From Clostridia bacterium (GTDB lineage Bacteria > Bacillota > Clostridia > Oscillospirales > CAG-272), in assembly GCA_017621655.1 (NCBI GenBank), contig JAGASS010000016.1, positions 79,961 through 143,960 on the forward strand: a stretch of DNA of 64,000 nt, written 5' to 3'. The first letter of the stretch is position 1, and every line of letters begins with the position of its first letter. Shown here one piece after another: positions 45,683 to 55,274 of this stretch. The position numbers and the translations under genes were made by a program. The notes under the pieces are model-generated. The model did not search any database and was not told the DNA's origin. It was given only the letters and a program-made list of their open reading frames with translations.

Positions 45683-48286
45683 ATGAATAAAAATAAAAAG
45701 AAGATAAATTGGAACGATGAGTTCGCAAAAAGCGTAGGCGTTCTCGGCAAGGCGCTTCTTAAGGGCCTTGGCTGGGCGTTCAGTATATTTATAACTATCG
45801 GTCTTATCGGAGTTATAACCGGCGTTATAGTCGGCGGTGCTTTCTTGCTTTACGTAAAGAATCATCTTGATACGAGCGTTGACAACTTTTCGATCATGGC
45901 TCAGGAGCGCAGTCTTACAACTACGATCAGCTACGTAGACGCAGACGGCAACATCGTCGAATATGAGCAGCTCAGTGCCGCAGAGAACCGTACCTGGGTC
46001 TCTTATTCCGATATGGGCGATTACCTTCCGCAGGCATTTATTGCTATTGAGGACAAGCGTTTTGAGAGCCACGACGGTGTCGACTGGGTCAGAACTGTAA
46101 AGGTCACGCTTGATTACTTCCTCGGCGGTGGCTCGCAGGGCGGATCTACGATCACTCAGCAGCTTATCAAGAATATTACCGGTGACGATGACGTTACGAT
46201 CCAGCGTAAAGCACAGGAGATCTTTAAGGCGCTTAACCTTGAAAAGAGATACGATAAGACAGAGATACTTGAGATGTATCTCAATAATATATATCTCTCG
46301 CAGTCGTGCTACGGAGTCGGTGCCGCATCCTACGCTTACTTCGGAAAGGAGCCGTCGGATCTTACACTGATCGAGGCGGCGGCAATTGCGGCGATAACGC
46401 AGAACCCGTCTAAATGGGACCCGATAATCCATCCCGAGAATAATGCTATGCGCCGTAATCAGGTCATAAAGCTGATGTACGAGCAGGGAAGAATCACTCA
46501 GGAGGAGTACACTGCCGCATATAAGCAGGAGCTTGTGCTCAATCCGCAGGATAAAGACTCGGATACGGGTCTTTCTATAAATTCCTGGTATACCGATGCA
46601 GCTCAGCAGGAAGCAAAGCAGCTACTTATTGACCAATTCGGTTATTCGGAGAGCTATGCTTCAAAGATCCTCTTGACAAGCGGTTTTAATATCGTTACCG
46701 CTATGGATCCCAAAGTACAGCAGGTTCTCGAAAAATACTATGAAAACGATTCAAACTGGCCTCGTTACGACGAGTCGCCTATTCAGCCGAAGTCTTCTGC
46801 AGTCGTAATTGACCCCGAAACGGGTAACGTTCTCGGACTTGTCGGAGACCGCGGACAGAAAACGCTCAACCTCGGTCTTAACTATGCAACACAAACAAGA
46901 CGTCCGTCGGGATCGTCTATTAAGCCGCTTTCCGTATACGGACCGGGACTTGAATTTGGCGTTCTCACCTACGGTTCTGTGTTCGACGATGTTCCGATAA
47001 ACTTCGGCAATCAGGTCGTTGACCCCGAAACTGGAGCTATAAGCTATTCGAGAAAGACGGGCTATCCTCATAATACTCCTAACCGTTATGCAGGCCTTCA
47101 GACTGTTCACGAAGGCGTCAGAGTATCGAAAAACACTATCGCATGGAGAGCACTCGATGAAGTAGGACTCCAGAACTCCTTTGACTATCTGACCGAGAAG
47201 CTCGGTCTTACGACACTCGTTGATAGACGTGTGAACTCCGCAGGAGTTATTTACTCGGATATTTCTTACGCACCGCTTGCGATGGGTGAATTTACCTACG
47301 GCGTAACGGTCAAGGAAATGACCGCGGCGTATCAGATATTTGCTAACGGCGGTATATTTAATGATGAGCGAATCGTTCTCCAGATACTCGATGCAAATGG
47401 AAACGTGGTCGTTGAAAACACTAGAAAGAGCGAGATCGTAATGAGCGCTGAAAACGCGGCTATCATGACGAAGATGCTCGAAGAGGTCGTTGATTCCGGT
47501 ACTGCTACAGAGGTTACCTTGAGAAGCAAGATCGACTGTGCAGGTAAGACCGGTACGACAAGCTCTCAGAAGGACCAGTGGTTTGTAGGATATACGCCGT
47601 ATTACGTATGCGGCATTTGGTTCGGTTACTCAATGCCTCGTTCGCTTGAGAAGTTCAGCGGCGTTCCCGAGACGATGTGGAACAAGATAATGGGCGAGCT
47701 TGTAGCCGATAAGATCGAAGAATCCAAAAACGGCGGAGAAAAGCTTAAGACCTTTACCGTTCCAAGAAGCGTTACGACAGCGACCTACTGTAAGGATTCC
47801 GGTAAGCTTCTTACAGATGCCTGCAAGAAGGATCCGCGCGGAAGTCGCGCCGAGATCGGTTACTTTGTACGCGGAACAGAGCCGACAGAATACTGCGACG
47901 TACATTTCCTTGCAGACAGAGACGGAAAAACAAACGGTATGTTTACCCCGTACTGTCCTCAGGAAAACCTCGTTAAGGTCGGTCTGCTTAACGTAATGCG
48001 TCAGTTCCCGTATAATATATACGTTGATGACGCTGAATACACGGGACAGATACTTCCGGATGACTATTCCTTTGTCGGAATAAATTATTCGGTTTGTTAT
48101 TATCAGAATCTGCTTCCGACGGGATTCTATACCGGAACACACCGAGATTCAAGCCGATACAATCTCGCTTGTATGTGGCACATTCTCCATCCCGATGAGG
48201 GTGCAACGGGCGGCACGACCGACTCGGGTCAGCTTCCGTCTACCGAGTCAAGCGTCCGTGATGCTTTGAACGATCTATATTCATAA
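45683..48286 (+). CDS. Class A penicillin-binding protein (PBP1A family)
   Basis: GT motifs EDKRF, GGSTITQQL, RKAQE; TP motifs SSIK, SKN, KTGT. Confidence 0.95.
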   Translation: MNKNKKKINWNDEFAKSVGVLGKALLKGLGWAFSIFITIGLIGVITGVIVGGAFLLYVKNHLDTSVDNFSIMAQERSLTTTISYVDADGNIVEYEQLSAAENRTWVSYSDMGDYLPQAFIAIEDKRFESHDGVDWVRTVKVTLDYFLGGGSQGGSTITQQLIKNITGDDDVTIQRKAQEIFKALNLEKRYDKTEILEMYLNNIYLSQSCYGVGAASYAYFGKEPSDLTLIEAAAIAAITQNPSKWDPIIHPENNAMRRNQVIKLMYEQGRITQEEYTAAYKQELVLNPQDKDSDTGLSINSWYTDAAQQEAKQLLIDQFGYSESYASKILLTSGFNIVTAMDPKVQQVLEKYYENDSNWPRYDESPIQPKSSAVVIDPETGNVLGLVGDRGQKTLNLGLNYATQTRRPSGSSIKPLSVYGPGLEFGVLTYGSVFDDVPINFGNQVVDPETGAISYSRKTGYPHNTPNRYAGLQTVHEGVRVSKNTIAWRALDEVGLQNSFDYLTEKLGLTTLVDRRVNSAGVIYSDISYAPLAMGEFTYGVTVKEMTAAYQIFANGGIFNDERIVLQILDANGNVVVENTRKSEIVMSAENAAIMTKMLEEVVDSGTATEVTLRSKIDCAGKTGTTSSQKDQWFVGYTPYYVCGIWFGYSMPRSLEKFSGVPETMWNKIMGELVADKIEESKNGGEKLKTFTVPRSVTTATYCKDSGKLLTDACKKDPRGSRAEIGYFVRGTEPTEYCDVHFLADRDGKTNGMFTPYCPQENLVKVGLLNVMRQFPYNIYVDDAEYTGQILPDDYSFVGINYSVCYYQNLLPTGFYTGTHRDSSRYNLACMWHILHPDEGATGGTTDSGQLPSTESSVRDALNDLYS

Positions 48287-48290
48287 AAAC

Positions 48291-48325
48291 AAAAAGGTGT
48301 TATCCATACGGATAACACCTTTTTT
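48291..48325. terminator. Bidirectional intrinsic terminator
   Basis: AAAAAGGTGTTATCC-atac-GGATAACACCTTTTT. Confidence 0.9.
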
Positions 48326-48332
48326 GATGGCA

Positions 48333-48863
48333 TCAGTGGGCGTAGTATCTCTCGTAGCGGTCGATAGATTCTTGAATTATCTCGAGCGCCTCGGAATGAC
48401 CGAACAGATCACGCACAGCGGTCTCTTTGTTTTCAAGCTGCTTATATACCTTGAAGAAATGTACCATTTCCTCAAAAATATGATTCGGAAGCTCGGAGAT
48501 GTCTCTTATCGTATTATAGTTAGGATCAGAAAAGGGAATTGCGATTATCTTGTCATCGTTCTTACCGCCGTCAAGCATTCGCATAACGCCAATAGGATAT
48601 ACCTGAACGAGAGTCATAGGATTTATCGGCTCGGCGCAAATAACGAGAACGTCAAGCGGGTCGTCGTCATCGGCAAAGGTGCGCGGAATGAAGCCGTAGC
48701 TTGCAGGATAGTGAGTTGACGTATAAAGAACTCTGTCAAGACGAAGCAGACCCGTTTCCTTGTCAAGCTCATATTTGTTTTTACCGCCCTTAGGGATTTC
48801 GATAACGGCGGTAAAGTTATCCTTATTAATAAATTTAGGATTAATATCGTGCCAGATGTTCAT
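48333..48863 (-). CDS. ppa: Inorganic pyrophosphatase, family I
   Basis: EIPKGGKNKYE, YGFIPRT, DDDPLDV, DDKIIA, FFKVYKQLE. Confidence 0.95.
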   Translation of the reverse strand: MNIWHDINPKFINKDNFTAVIEIPKGGKNKYELDKETGLLRLDRVLYTSTHYPASYGFIPRTFADDDDPLDVLVICAEPINPMTLVQVYPIGVMRMLDGGKNDDKIIAIPFSDPNYNTIRDISELPNHIFEEMVHFFKVYKQLENKETAVRDLFGHSEALEIIQESIDRYERYYAH

Positions 48864-48895
48864 AAAATATCCCCCTTCTTATTAGAAGCATGAAT

Positions 48896-48966
48896 ATTAT
48901 ATCACATCATATTTCTGCCGTCAACAGAAAAGAATTCTTGACAAAAGCATACCGAAATGGTAATAT
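48896..48966. promoter_or_regulatory. Back-to-back sigma-A promoters for ppa and MATE
   Basis: Minus TTGACG-17-TATAAT (48924-48896); plus TTGACA-17-TAATAT (48938-48966). Confidence 0.7.
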
Positions 48967-48993
48967 ATTTGAAGATCAAATTTTGGAGAAAAT

Positions 48994-50385
48994 ATGACTG
49001 ATATTAAAAATGCAACGACAAAAAAGGCGATGATCGCCCTCATATTTTCGCTTGCATGGCCGACAATGCTTGAACAGCTTATGCAAACGGCGGTGCAGTA
49101 CGTAGACCTTGCAATGGTTGGCTCACTTGGTACTGATGCCGCAGCAACGGTCGGCTCAACGACGACGGTAAACTGGCTTCTAGGTAGCACTATATCTGCT
49201 CTTGGCGTTGGCTTCCTCGCCATAATAGCAAAGGCAATAGGCGCTTCGGATAGACAGCTGGTAAAGCGTGCATCTGCTCAGACTGTATTCGTAACGCTTG
49301 TAGCGGGAGGTATTTTCACCGTCCTTCCGCTTGCGTTAAGTCCCATCGTTCCGACGCTAATGAACGTCGAGCCGCGTTTGCGTGACAGTGCTGCACTGTA
49401 TTTCTTTATTCTGTATACGCCGATGCTATTTAGAGCAGCAAGCGTTATATTCGGTACAGCACTTCGCGCATCGGGAGACACCAAGACCCCGATGAGAGTA
49501 GGAGTTCTCGTCAATATCCTAAACGTCGTTCTCAATTTCTTTATGATATATGACACGAGAACTGTTGAAATTTTCGGTACGAATATAAAGATGTTCGGCT
49601 TCGGATTGGGAGTAATAGGCGCGGGTATTGCGAGCGCAATTGCATTTGCAGTTGGCGGGATCCTCATTACCGTGGCGCTGTTTAAGCATCCGATGCTATC
49701 CCCTCGCGGCGAAAGCATAAAGCCCGATATGGAGGTTCTTCGTCCATGTCTTAAGGTAGCTCTGCCGAATATGCTGCAGAGATTCTGTACGTCCTTTGGA
49801 TACGTCTGCTTCGCTTCAATGATCAATTCTCTCGGCGAGGTCGCAACGGCGGCTCACACCTTTGCAAACACCGTAGAATCCGCCTTTTATATTCCGGGCT
49901 ACGGAATGCAGACGGCAGTAGCTACACTTGCAGGCAACGCATACGGCGCTAGAGACAACATGAAAATGAAGCAGATGACGTCTATGATAATCAAGATCGA
50001 AATACTGCTTATGATAGCGTCGGGTGGACTTCTTTTTGCCTTTGCGCCGACGCTTATGGACCTTTTCTCAAACAATCCCGACGTTATACGGCTTGGCGCG
50101 ACGGTTTTGCGAATGGTCGCGCTTTCCGAACCGTTTTACGGCGTTTCGATAATAATCGAGGGAATGCTTCTCGGCGTCGGACGTACGCTAACGCCATTCA
50201 AATTCAACGTAATAGGAATGTGGGGAGTCAGGATACTCGGTACTTTTATCGTAACGGTATTTTTCTCGCAGGGGCTTGAAGCAGCGTGGGGCTGTATGAT
50301 AGCACATAATCTGCTTATATTCGTCTTATACGTTATTCACTATAAAAAAGGGAAGTGGAATCCTCTTGAAGCAAAAAAAGCTTGA
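48994..50385 (+). CDS. MATE family efflux transporter
   Basis: LAWPTMLEQL, VDLAMVGSLG, LRASGDTKTPM, 12 TM in two repeats. Confidence 0.93.
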   Translation: MTDIKNATTKKAMIALIFSLAWPTMLEQLMQTAVQYVDLAMVGSLGTDAAATVGSTTTVNWLLGSTISALGVGFLAIIAKAIGASDRQLVKRASAQTVFVTLVAGGIFTVLPLALSPIVPTLMNVEPRLRDSAALYFFILYTPMLFRAASVIFGTALRASGDTKTPMRVGVLVNILNVVLNFFMIYDTRTVEIFGTNIKMFGFGLGVIGAGIASAIAFAVGGILITVALFKHPMLSPRGESIKPDMEVLRPCLKVALPNMLQRFCTSFGYVCFASMINSLGEVATAAHTFANTVESAFYIPGYGMQTAVATLAGNAYGARDNMKMKQMTSMIIKIEILLMIASGGLLFAFAPTLMDLFSNNPDVIRLGATVLRMVALSEPFYGVSIIIEGMLLGVGRTLTPFKFNVIGMWGVRILGTFIVTVFFSQGLEAAWGCMIAHNLLIFVLYVIHYKKGKWNPLEAKKA

Positions 50386-50405
50386 CCGATCGGTCAAGCT
50401 TTTTT
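50374..50405. terminator. Bidirectional terminator (perfect 32-bp palindrome overlapping MATE stop)
   Basis: AAAAAAGCTTGACCGATCGGTCAAGCTTTTTT. Confidence 0.85.
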
Positions 50406-50408
50406 ATG

Positions 50409-53400
50409 TTATTTTTTCGCGCCTGATGACGTTAGCTGCTTTTTTGAGCTGACCTCATCCGGAAGCGCCTGATTTCCGCTTCTGTCACGGGTTGCGATCA
50501 GGATGATCGAAATAGTGATAATAGCACCTATGAGGAGTACGACGAAGATTATCATTATGATGAGTATCGTCTTGATCGTGTCAAGGGAGAAGCTGCCGAA
50601 ATTGAGACCGTCGTTTTTGCTGGGAGGAACTACGTCTTCCTCAAGACCTCCGATAAGGAAGCCTGGCTGCTTAGGTCCGGTAAGAGGAACGGAGTGTCCG
50701 CATTCGCAGGAGTAATATTCATTGCCCTCAGCGTCAGTCTTCGTGTCGCCGTAGTTGTGAGCGATTTCATCGGAAAGCGGCTTTTCACATCCGACACAGG
50801 CGGTGAAGTGGTTGTTACCGTCGTGAACGGTTACGCCTTCTCCTATATGCTTGTTGCTTGCCTTCGGTATCACAACCGACTCTCTTGTGATCTCGGTTAT
50901 TGCTTTATCATCATTAAAGAGCTTAAGGCATCCGTTACAGAAATAATGTGTCTTTACGCCTTCCTTAGAGCAGTCGCTTGCAACTCCGATCACTTCGACG
51001 AGCGAGTGCCCCGTCATTTCCAGCTCAATTTCAGACTTAGCCGAGCAATTCTTACATTTGCCGACGATGCTTCCGTCGGTAAGGCACGTAGGAAGTGTCA
51101 CCGTTGCATTTCTGTTGTCGATATTGTGTTCGATCTTAGCAAAGGTGCAGGAAAGGATAACGTTGTCTCCGCTTTCTGTTATGGTTACCGCATGTCCGTT
51201 TATTGTTGCGGACTCAAGAGCGAAGGCGTATCCGTCCTTTGACGCGAGCGTAACGGTAACGGTGTATTCCTTGCCGCAGGTGAACTTGGTCGCCTTGCTG
51301 CCGCCCGTCGAGAATTCAATGCTCTTTACGGTGCAGTTTGCGTCTACTGTTGCGCCGGAAGTCTTAGCGGATGCACCTGCAACCGGCTCAACGATTCCGA
51401 GTACCTTAACGCTTCTTATGTATTTGTCGGCGGTCTTAGTGATGAAGCACGCCGAGGCAAATCCGTATTCACCGCTCACTATCGACGTTGTGTGAGGAAC
51501 GGCGTTTGTCAAGGTCACCTTGTTTTTGTCTATCTGGTTACCGGGGGTTACACTCCAGTTTACACGAATGTAGTAGACGCTGTCAGCTTCAAAGGTGTGC
51601 GTCAGGAAGTCGATTCCGTCATTAGGATCATAATCGTGATCCGTCTCGGTCTCATTTGCGTAATCGCAGTACCCGATCTTTTTCCCGTCCTTGTACCAAT
51701 GAACGGTTGCGGAGCCGTAAATGTTTATATTCGCTTTCGAGATCTGCTCACCGATCTTAACCGTCGGAATATATATTTGTCTTTCGCCGATAACGGTGGT
51801 AGAAACCGAATATTGAACGGTAAGCTCGGTTTTATCATCGTTCAGCGTAATTGCCGAAACGGAATGATGAACTGACGAAGCGATAGTCGATTCGGAGAAT
51901 ACGTTATTGTCGGGATCGTTAAGCTTGAATACAACTGTCAGGACGTATTTGCCTCCGAGAGCAAACTTTGTGAAATTCGCGCCTGTATTCGTCTTCCAAG
52001 TGTAGCTGTCAATAACGACCTTCGAACTGTCGGGGGTAGAGGCGATCGTCGGTTTTGCCGGAGCCGAGGCATCAGTAGGAGTTCCGAAATCCACCTTGAC
52101 CTCGTAGATCGGAGTCTTCTCGTTATCGACGGGAGCGAATACAGCCGAGCTTTCCTTGTGCGAGCAGACGGTGCATTTTCTCGACATAGGAACGGTTATG
52201 CCTGCCGTACCGTCTTCTGCCCAATCGGAATAGGTGTGCTTTGCGCTTGAAATAACGTGACCGCAAACCGTGCAGACCTTATCGTGAGAAAAGGCGTTCG
52301 TTACGTATTCGGTGCTGCTGTGAGAGCAAGCTGTGAATATCCAGGCGGATACTGTTGCGCTTTTGCCGTCAACAGACGGAGCTATGGAAGAATAGGATGC
52401 GCCGGGGAGGAACGAGATCCTCGTGTCACTTGTGAAGATGTAGCTTCCCTTGGAAGAAAGCTGGAATACGACGAAATAGCTGGTATTTTCCTTGAAGGTA
52501 ACTGGGGAAGCCATTTCGGTAACGGAGTTTCTTTCGTACCACTTGACGCTGTCTATCTGGTAATTTACGTTTGACGGCACTTTGAAGGTCGGAGCGTTTC
52601 CGACATAATAATGGTTGTTGTCATCAATTGTAGAAGGGGTAAGAGAGACTGCCGCGAGAATGTTTTTATTAGTCGTGTCAAGATTAAGAGTTCTTGAAAT
52701 CGTCGTTAATTTGTAGTTGCGGTACGTTTCGGTTATAACGCAGGCAAAGGAGTATCTGCTTCCGATCGAAAGGGTAACACCGTTGCTTGAAAGTTTAGCG
52801 AGATTAAGAGACGTGCTGTTGGAATTGGAAATAGGAGTTACGCTTCCGTCAATGGAGATCGCGTACCACGAATACGAGATCTTGCTGTCGGATGCGGTAA
52901 AGTAAGGAGTGTAGCCGGAGGAAAGAGTGGCTTTTGCTCCGGGTGTATAGCTTCCCGAGGTAAGGGAAGACGTTACGCTTGCAAAATCTGCCGTGTTCGG
53001 AATGAGATAAACGGTAGCGCCGTCGACAGCGTCAGCGGTTTTTTCAATAGCGGCACCGTTCTGATAGAGATTCTTGCGTGAATTTCCGGGGATGAATACA
53101 GTCGGAAGATTGAGCTTGCCGTAGTATTTGCTGACGTTTACCGCCGCAAAATCCATATAATCGGCAACGCGTTCGTTAGTTGAGGGTGTTGTCTCGAATC
53201 TTCCCGCCTTAATGCTGCTTTTTGACGTAGCGTCAAGAGCGAATACGTCAGCACCGTGTGCACCGACGAAGTTACCGTCGTTAACAACGACGTTTGCCTT
53301 CGACTCGGCTCTGATACATACAGAAGCCGGTCTTTCCTCATTCCAACCCTTGAGGTTGGGAAGTATGTTCTGACGCTTTCTGCCGTTTGCCTCAAAGTTA

Positions 53401-54065
53401 CCGCCGTTAACTGTAACGGTAGATTTTGTAGAAGCGGTTATGACTGTGCCGCATACGGTATTCTCGGCAAAGCCGGTATAGTACTCGAATTTCTTGTCAA
53501 TTACACCTGCGGCTCTGTGAAGCCATTCCTTCTCGGTATTTCCGGCGATGAAGTTACCGCCGTTAACCGTGAGAGCAGCACCTTCGGAAAGGTATATAAG
53601 ATGTCTTCCGGTCACGACCTTGAAGTCTTTATATTCCTCGTCCTCGGAGTAAATATGTATTCCGCCGACGTAGGAAAGAGTACCCGTTTCATTCTCTGAA
53701 GAATCGCTTATCGTGAGCTTTCCGCCGTTTTCAATCTTTATAAGCGTAGAATCGTTTGTGTTGTCAGCGAGGTTAGCGGTGTTTTTGACGGTTACCTTGT
53801 GACCGTTAAGGTCAATAGAGACCGTCTTTTTTACCGTATAGCGATATTCCTCGTATTCGGCAACTGAGATAGCTATATCGGAGGAGAGGGAATAGCTGCC
53901 TCCGTTTCCCTCCAGTGCGGAACGGAATTCCGCCTCGCTTTCTATTGACGTTGCACCTTCTTCCGCGTTTACTCTATACTGAAAGGGAAGAGCAAAGGCG
54001 ATAGACGTGAATACAGTCAGCACTGCTACGACAAACGCAGTGATCTTGCTTAGTTTAACCGACAT
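50409..54065 (-). CDS. Large modular cell-surface protein (1218 aa)
   Basis: Signal peptide, beta-helix-like N-terminal region, repeated Ig-like modules, Cys/His-rich repeats, C-terminal TM anchor; AAGGAG RBS; promoter TTGAAA-17-TATACT at 54135-54107. Confidence 0.8.
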   Translation of the reverse strand: MSVKLSKITAFVVAVLTVFTSIAFALPFQYRVNAEEGATSIESEAEFRSALEGNGGSYSLSSDIAISVAEYEEYRYTVKKTVSIDLNGHKVTVKNTANLADNTNDSTLIKIENGGKLTISDSSENETGTLSYVGGIHIYSEDEEYKDFKVVTGRHLIYLSEGAALTVNGGNFIAGNTEKEWLHRAAGVIDKKFEYYTGFAENTVCGTVITASTKSTVTVNGGNFEANGRKRQNILPNLKGWNEERPASVCIRAESKANVVVNDGNFVGAHGADVFALDATSKSSIKAGRFETTPSTNERVADYMDFAAVNVSKYYGKLNLPTVFIPGNSRKNLYQNGAAIEKTADAVDGATVYLIPNTADFASVTSSLTSGSYTPGAKATLSSGYTPYFTASDSKISYSWYAISIDGSVTPISNSNSTSLNLAKLSSNGVTLSIGSRYSFACVITETYRNYKLTTISRTLNLDTTNKNILAAVSLTPSTIDDNNHYYVGNAPTFKVPSNVNYQIDSVKWYERNSVTEMASPVTFKENTSYFVVFQLSSKGSYIFTSDTRISFLPGASYSSIAPSVDGKSATVSAWIFTACSHSSTEYVTNAFSHDKVCTVCGHVISSAKHTYSDWAEDGTAGITVPMSRKCTVCSHKESSAVFAPVDNEKTPIYEVKVDFGTPTDASAPAKPTIASTPDSSKVVIDSYTWKTNTGANFTKFALGGKYVLTVVFKLNDPDNNVFSESTIASSVHHSVSAITLNDDKTELTVQYSVSTTVIGERQIYIPTVKIGEQISKANINIYGSATVHWYKDGKKIGYCDYANETETDHDYDPNDGIDFLTHTFEADSVYYIRVNWSVTPGNQIDKNKVTLTNAVPHTTSIVSGEYGFASACFITKTADKYIRSVKVLGIVEPVAGASAKTSGATVDANCTVKSIEFSTGGSKATKFTCGKEYTVTVTLASKDGYAFALESATINGHAVTITESGDNVILSCTFAKIEHNIDNRNATVTLPTCLTDGSIVGKCKNCSAKSEIELEMTGHSLVEVIGVASDCSKEGVKTHYFCNGCLKLFNDDKAITEITRESVVIPKASNKHIGEGVTVHDGNNHFTACVGCEKPLSDEIAHNYGDTKTDAEGNEYYSCECGHSVPLTGPKQPGFLIGGLEEDVVPPSKNDGLNFGSFSLDTIKTILIIMIIFVVLLIGAIITISIILIATRDRSGNQALPDEVSSKKQLTSSGAKK

Positions 54066-54148
54066 TTTTCATAACTCCTTACGTGATGAAAATATACATT
54101 CATATCAGTATATCACGTTTTAAGATATATTTCAATAGGAAAGAAATG

Positions 54149-54173
54149 AAAAAAGCCGCTGAAAAGCGGCTTT
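54149..54173 (-). terminator. Intrinsic terminator of the AraC gene
   Basis: AAAGCCGCT-gaaa-AGCGGCTTT with U-tract on minus strand. Confidence 0.75.
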
Positions 54174-54180
54174 GGTTTGT

Positions 54181-55062
54181 TTAATTTGCGATTTCGGTAT
54201 CACGTGCCGAGGTTGGTGAGATCCCCTTAAGCTTTTTATACATTGCAGAAAAATACGCTATATTGTTATATCCGCATTCCATTGCGATCTGAGTGACGGA
54301 CTTGGAGGTTGAGCGAAGCTTCATCTCTGCGTTGTTGATCCGCGTTATGTTCAAGAAGTCCTTAAAGCAACGCCCCGTTACCCGTTTGAAGTTACGGGAA
54401 AAGTATGAGTAGGACATAAAAAGTCGCTCCGACATTGATGCAACGGTAAGGTCTTCGCTGTAATGCTCGTTTATGTAAAGGATGGCGTCGTCCATCTTCT
54501 TCGACAAGCTCTCAGAGCTGTCGGCAAATACCTCGTCAGCGTTCGACTGCTCTGAAAGATCCTTCAGCACTGCCGAGATAATGATCGCGGCGTTTGCCTT
54601 CATCAAAATGTCTTTTCCGAGGAAGGATTCGGCAGATAGCTTCTTAAGCTCATTGAAACGCTCTTTTATACCGAGAGAAGCGCATTCTTCCTTTTTCCAT
54701 ACAGTTTTGTTTGTGGCATGAAAACGGGAGAGTAGCATGGAATATCTCATGCCGTCCTCTTTGTAGGCATAAGAAATTACGTGCGGTATCGAGATGAACA
54801 ATACCGAAAATTCGCACTTATCATTCGGATAAATGCTGTGTACGGCGTTTGCTCTGAAAAGCACCATGTCGCCCGACGATACGTTACACTGCGTATCGTC
54901 GCTCACGATGAGTGCGCTTCCTGACGTTACGTAGAGAAGCTCTACGAGCTGGTGAATATGTGGCGAGGCAGGACTCTTATGCTCGAGCACATCAGTAAAA
55001 AAATGAATACCGTCGTGCATCGCCTGCGGGTTTTGCTCGCTTCGAATATCTTTGTTCTCCAT
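54181..55062 (-). CDS. AraC family transcriptional regulator
   Basis: Cupin HIHQLVELLYVTSG..NAVH, C-terminal double HTH SYFSRNFK..IAMECGYNNIAYFSAMYKKLKGISP. Confidence 0.93.
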   Translation of the reverse strand: MENKDIRSEQNPQAMHDGIHFFTDVLEHKSPASPHIHQLVELLYVTSGSALIVSDDTQCNVSSGDMVLFRANAVHSIYPNDKCEFSVLFISIPHVISYAYKEDGMRYSMLLSRFHATNKTVWKKEECASLGIKERFNELKKLSAESFLGKDILMKANAAIIISAVLKDLSEQSNADEVFADSSESLSKKMDDAILYINEHYSEDLTVASMSERLFMSYSYFSRNFKRVTGRCFKDFLNITRINNAEMKLRSTSKSVTQIAMECGYNNIAYFSAMYKKLKGISPTSARDTEIAN

Positions 55063-55274
55063 AATTAGTTCCTATGACAAATTATTGATAATGTTAGTGC
55101 TAATTAATTATAGCACAATGTTTATCAAAATGCTATACTATTTTTGAAATTAATTAAAATTTTTTTCAATATTGAACAACTTGTTATCAATTTTATGACA
55201 TTTTTTATTCTATTTGACGTATTGATGGAATAAATTGTTGGCAAAAAGTTCAAAATCAATGTTTGGAGGCAAAT

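Noticed and set aside
50650-52330. CxxC/H motifs considered as multiheme cytochrome c sites
   Set aside because: Motifs are CxxCxH or HxxxCxxC, not CxxCH; no cytochrome maturation genes nearby.
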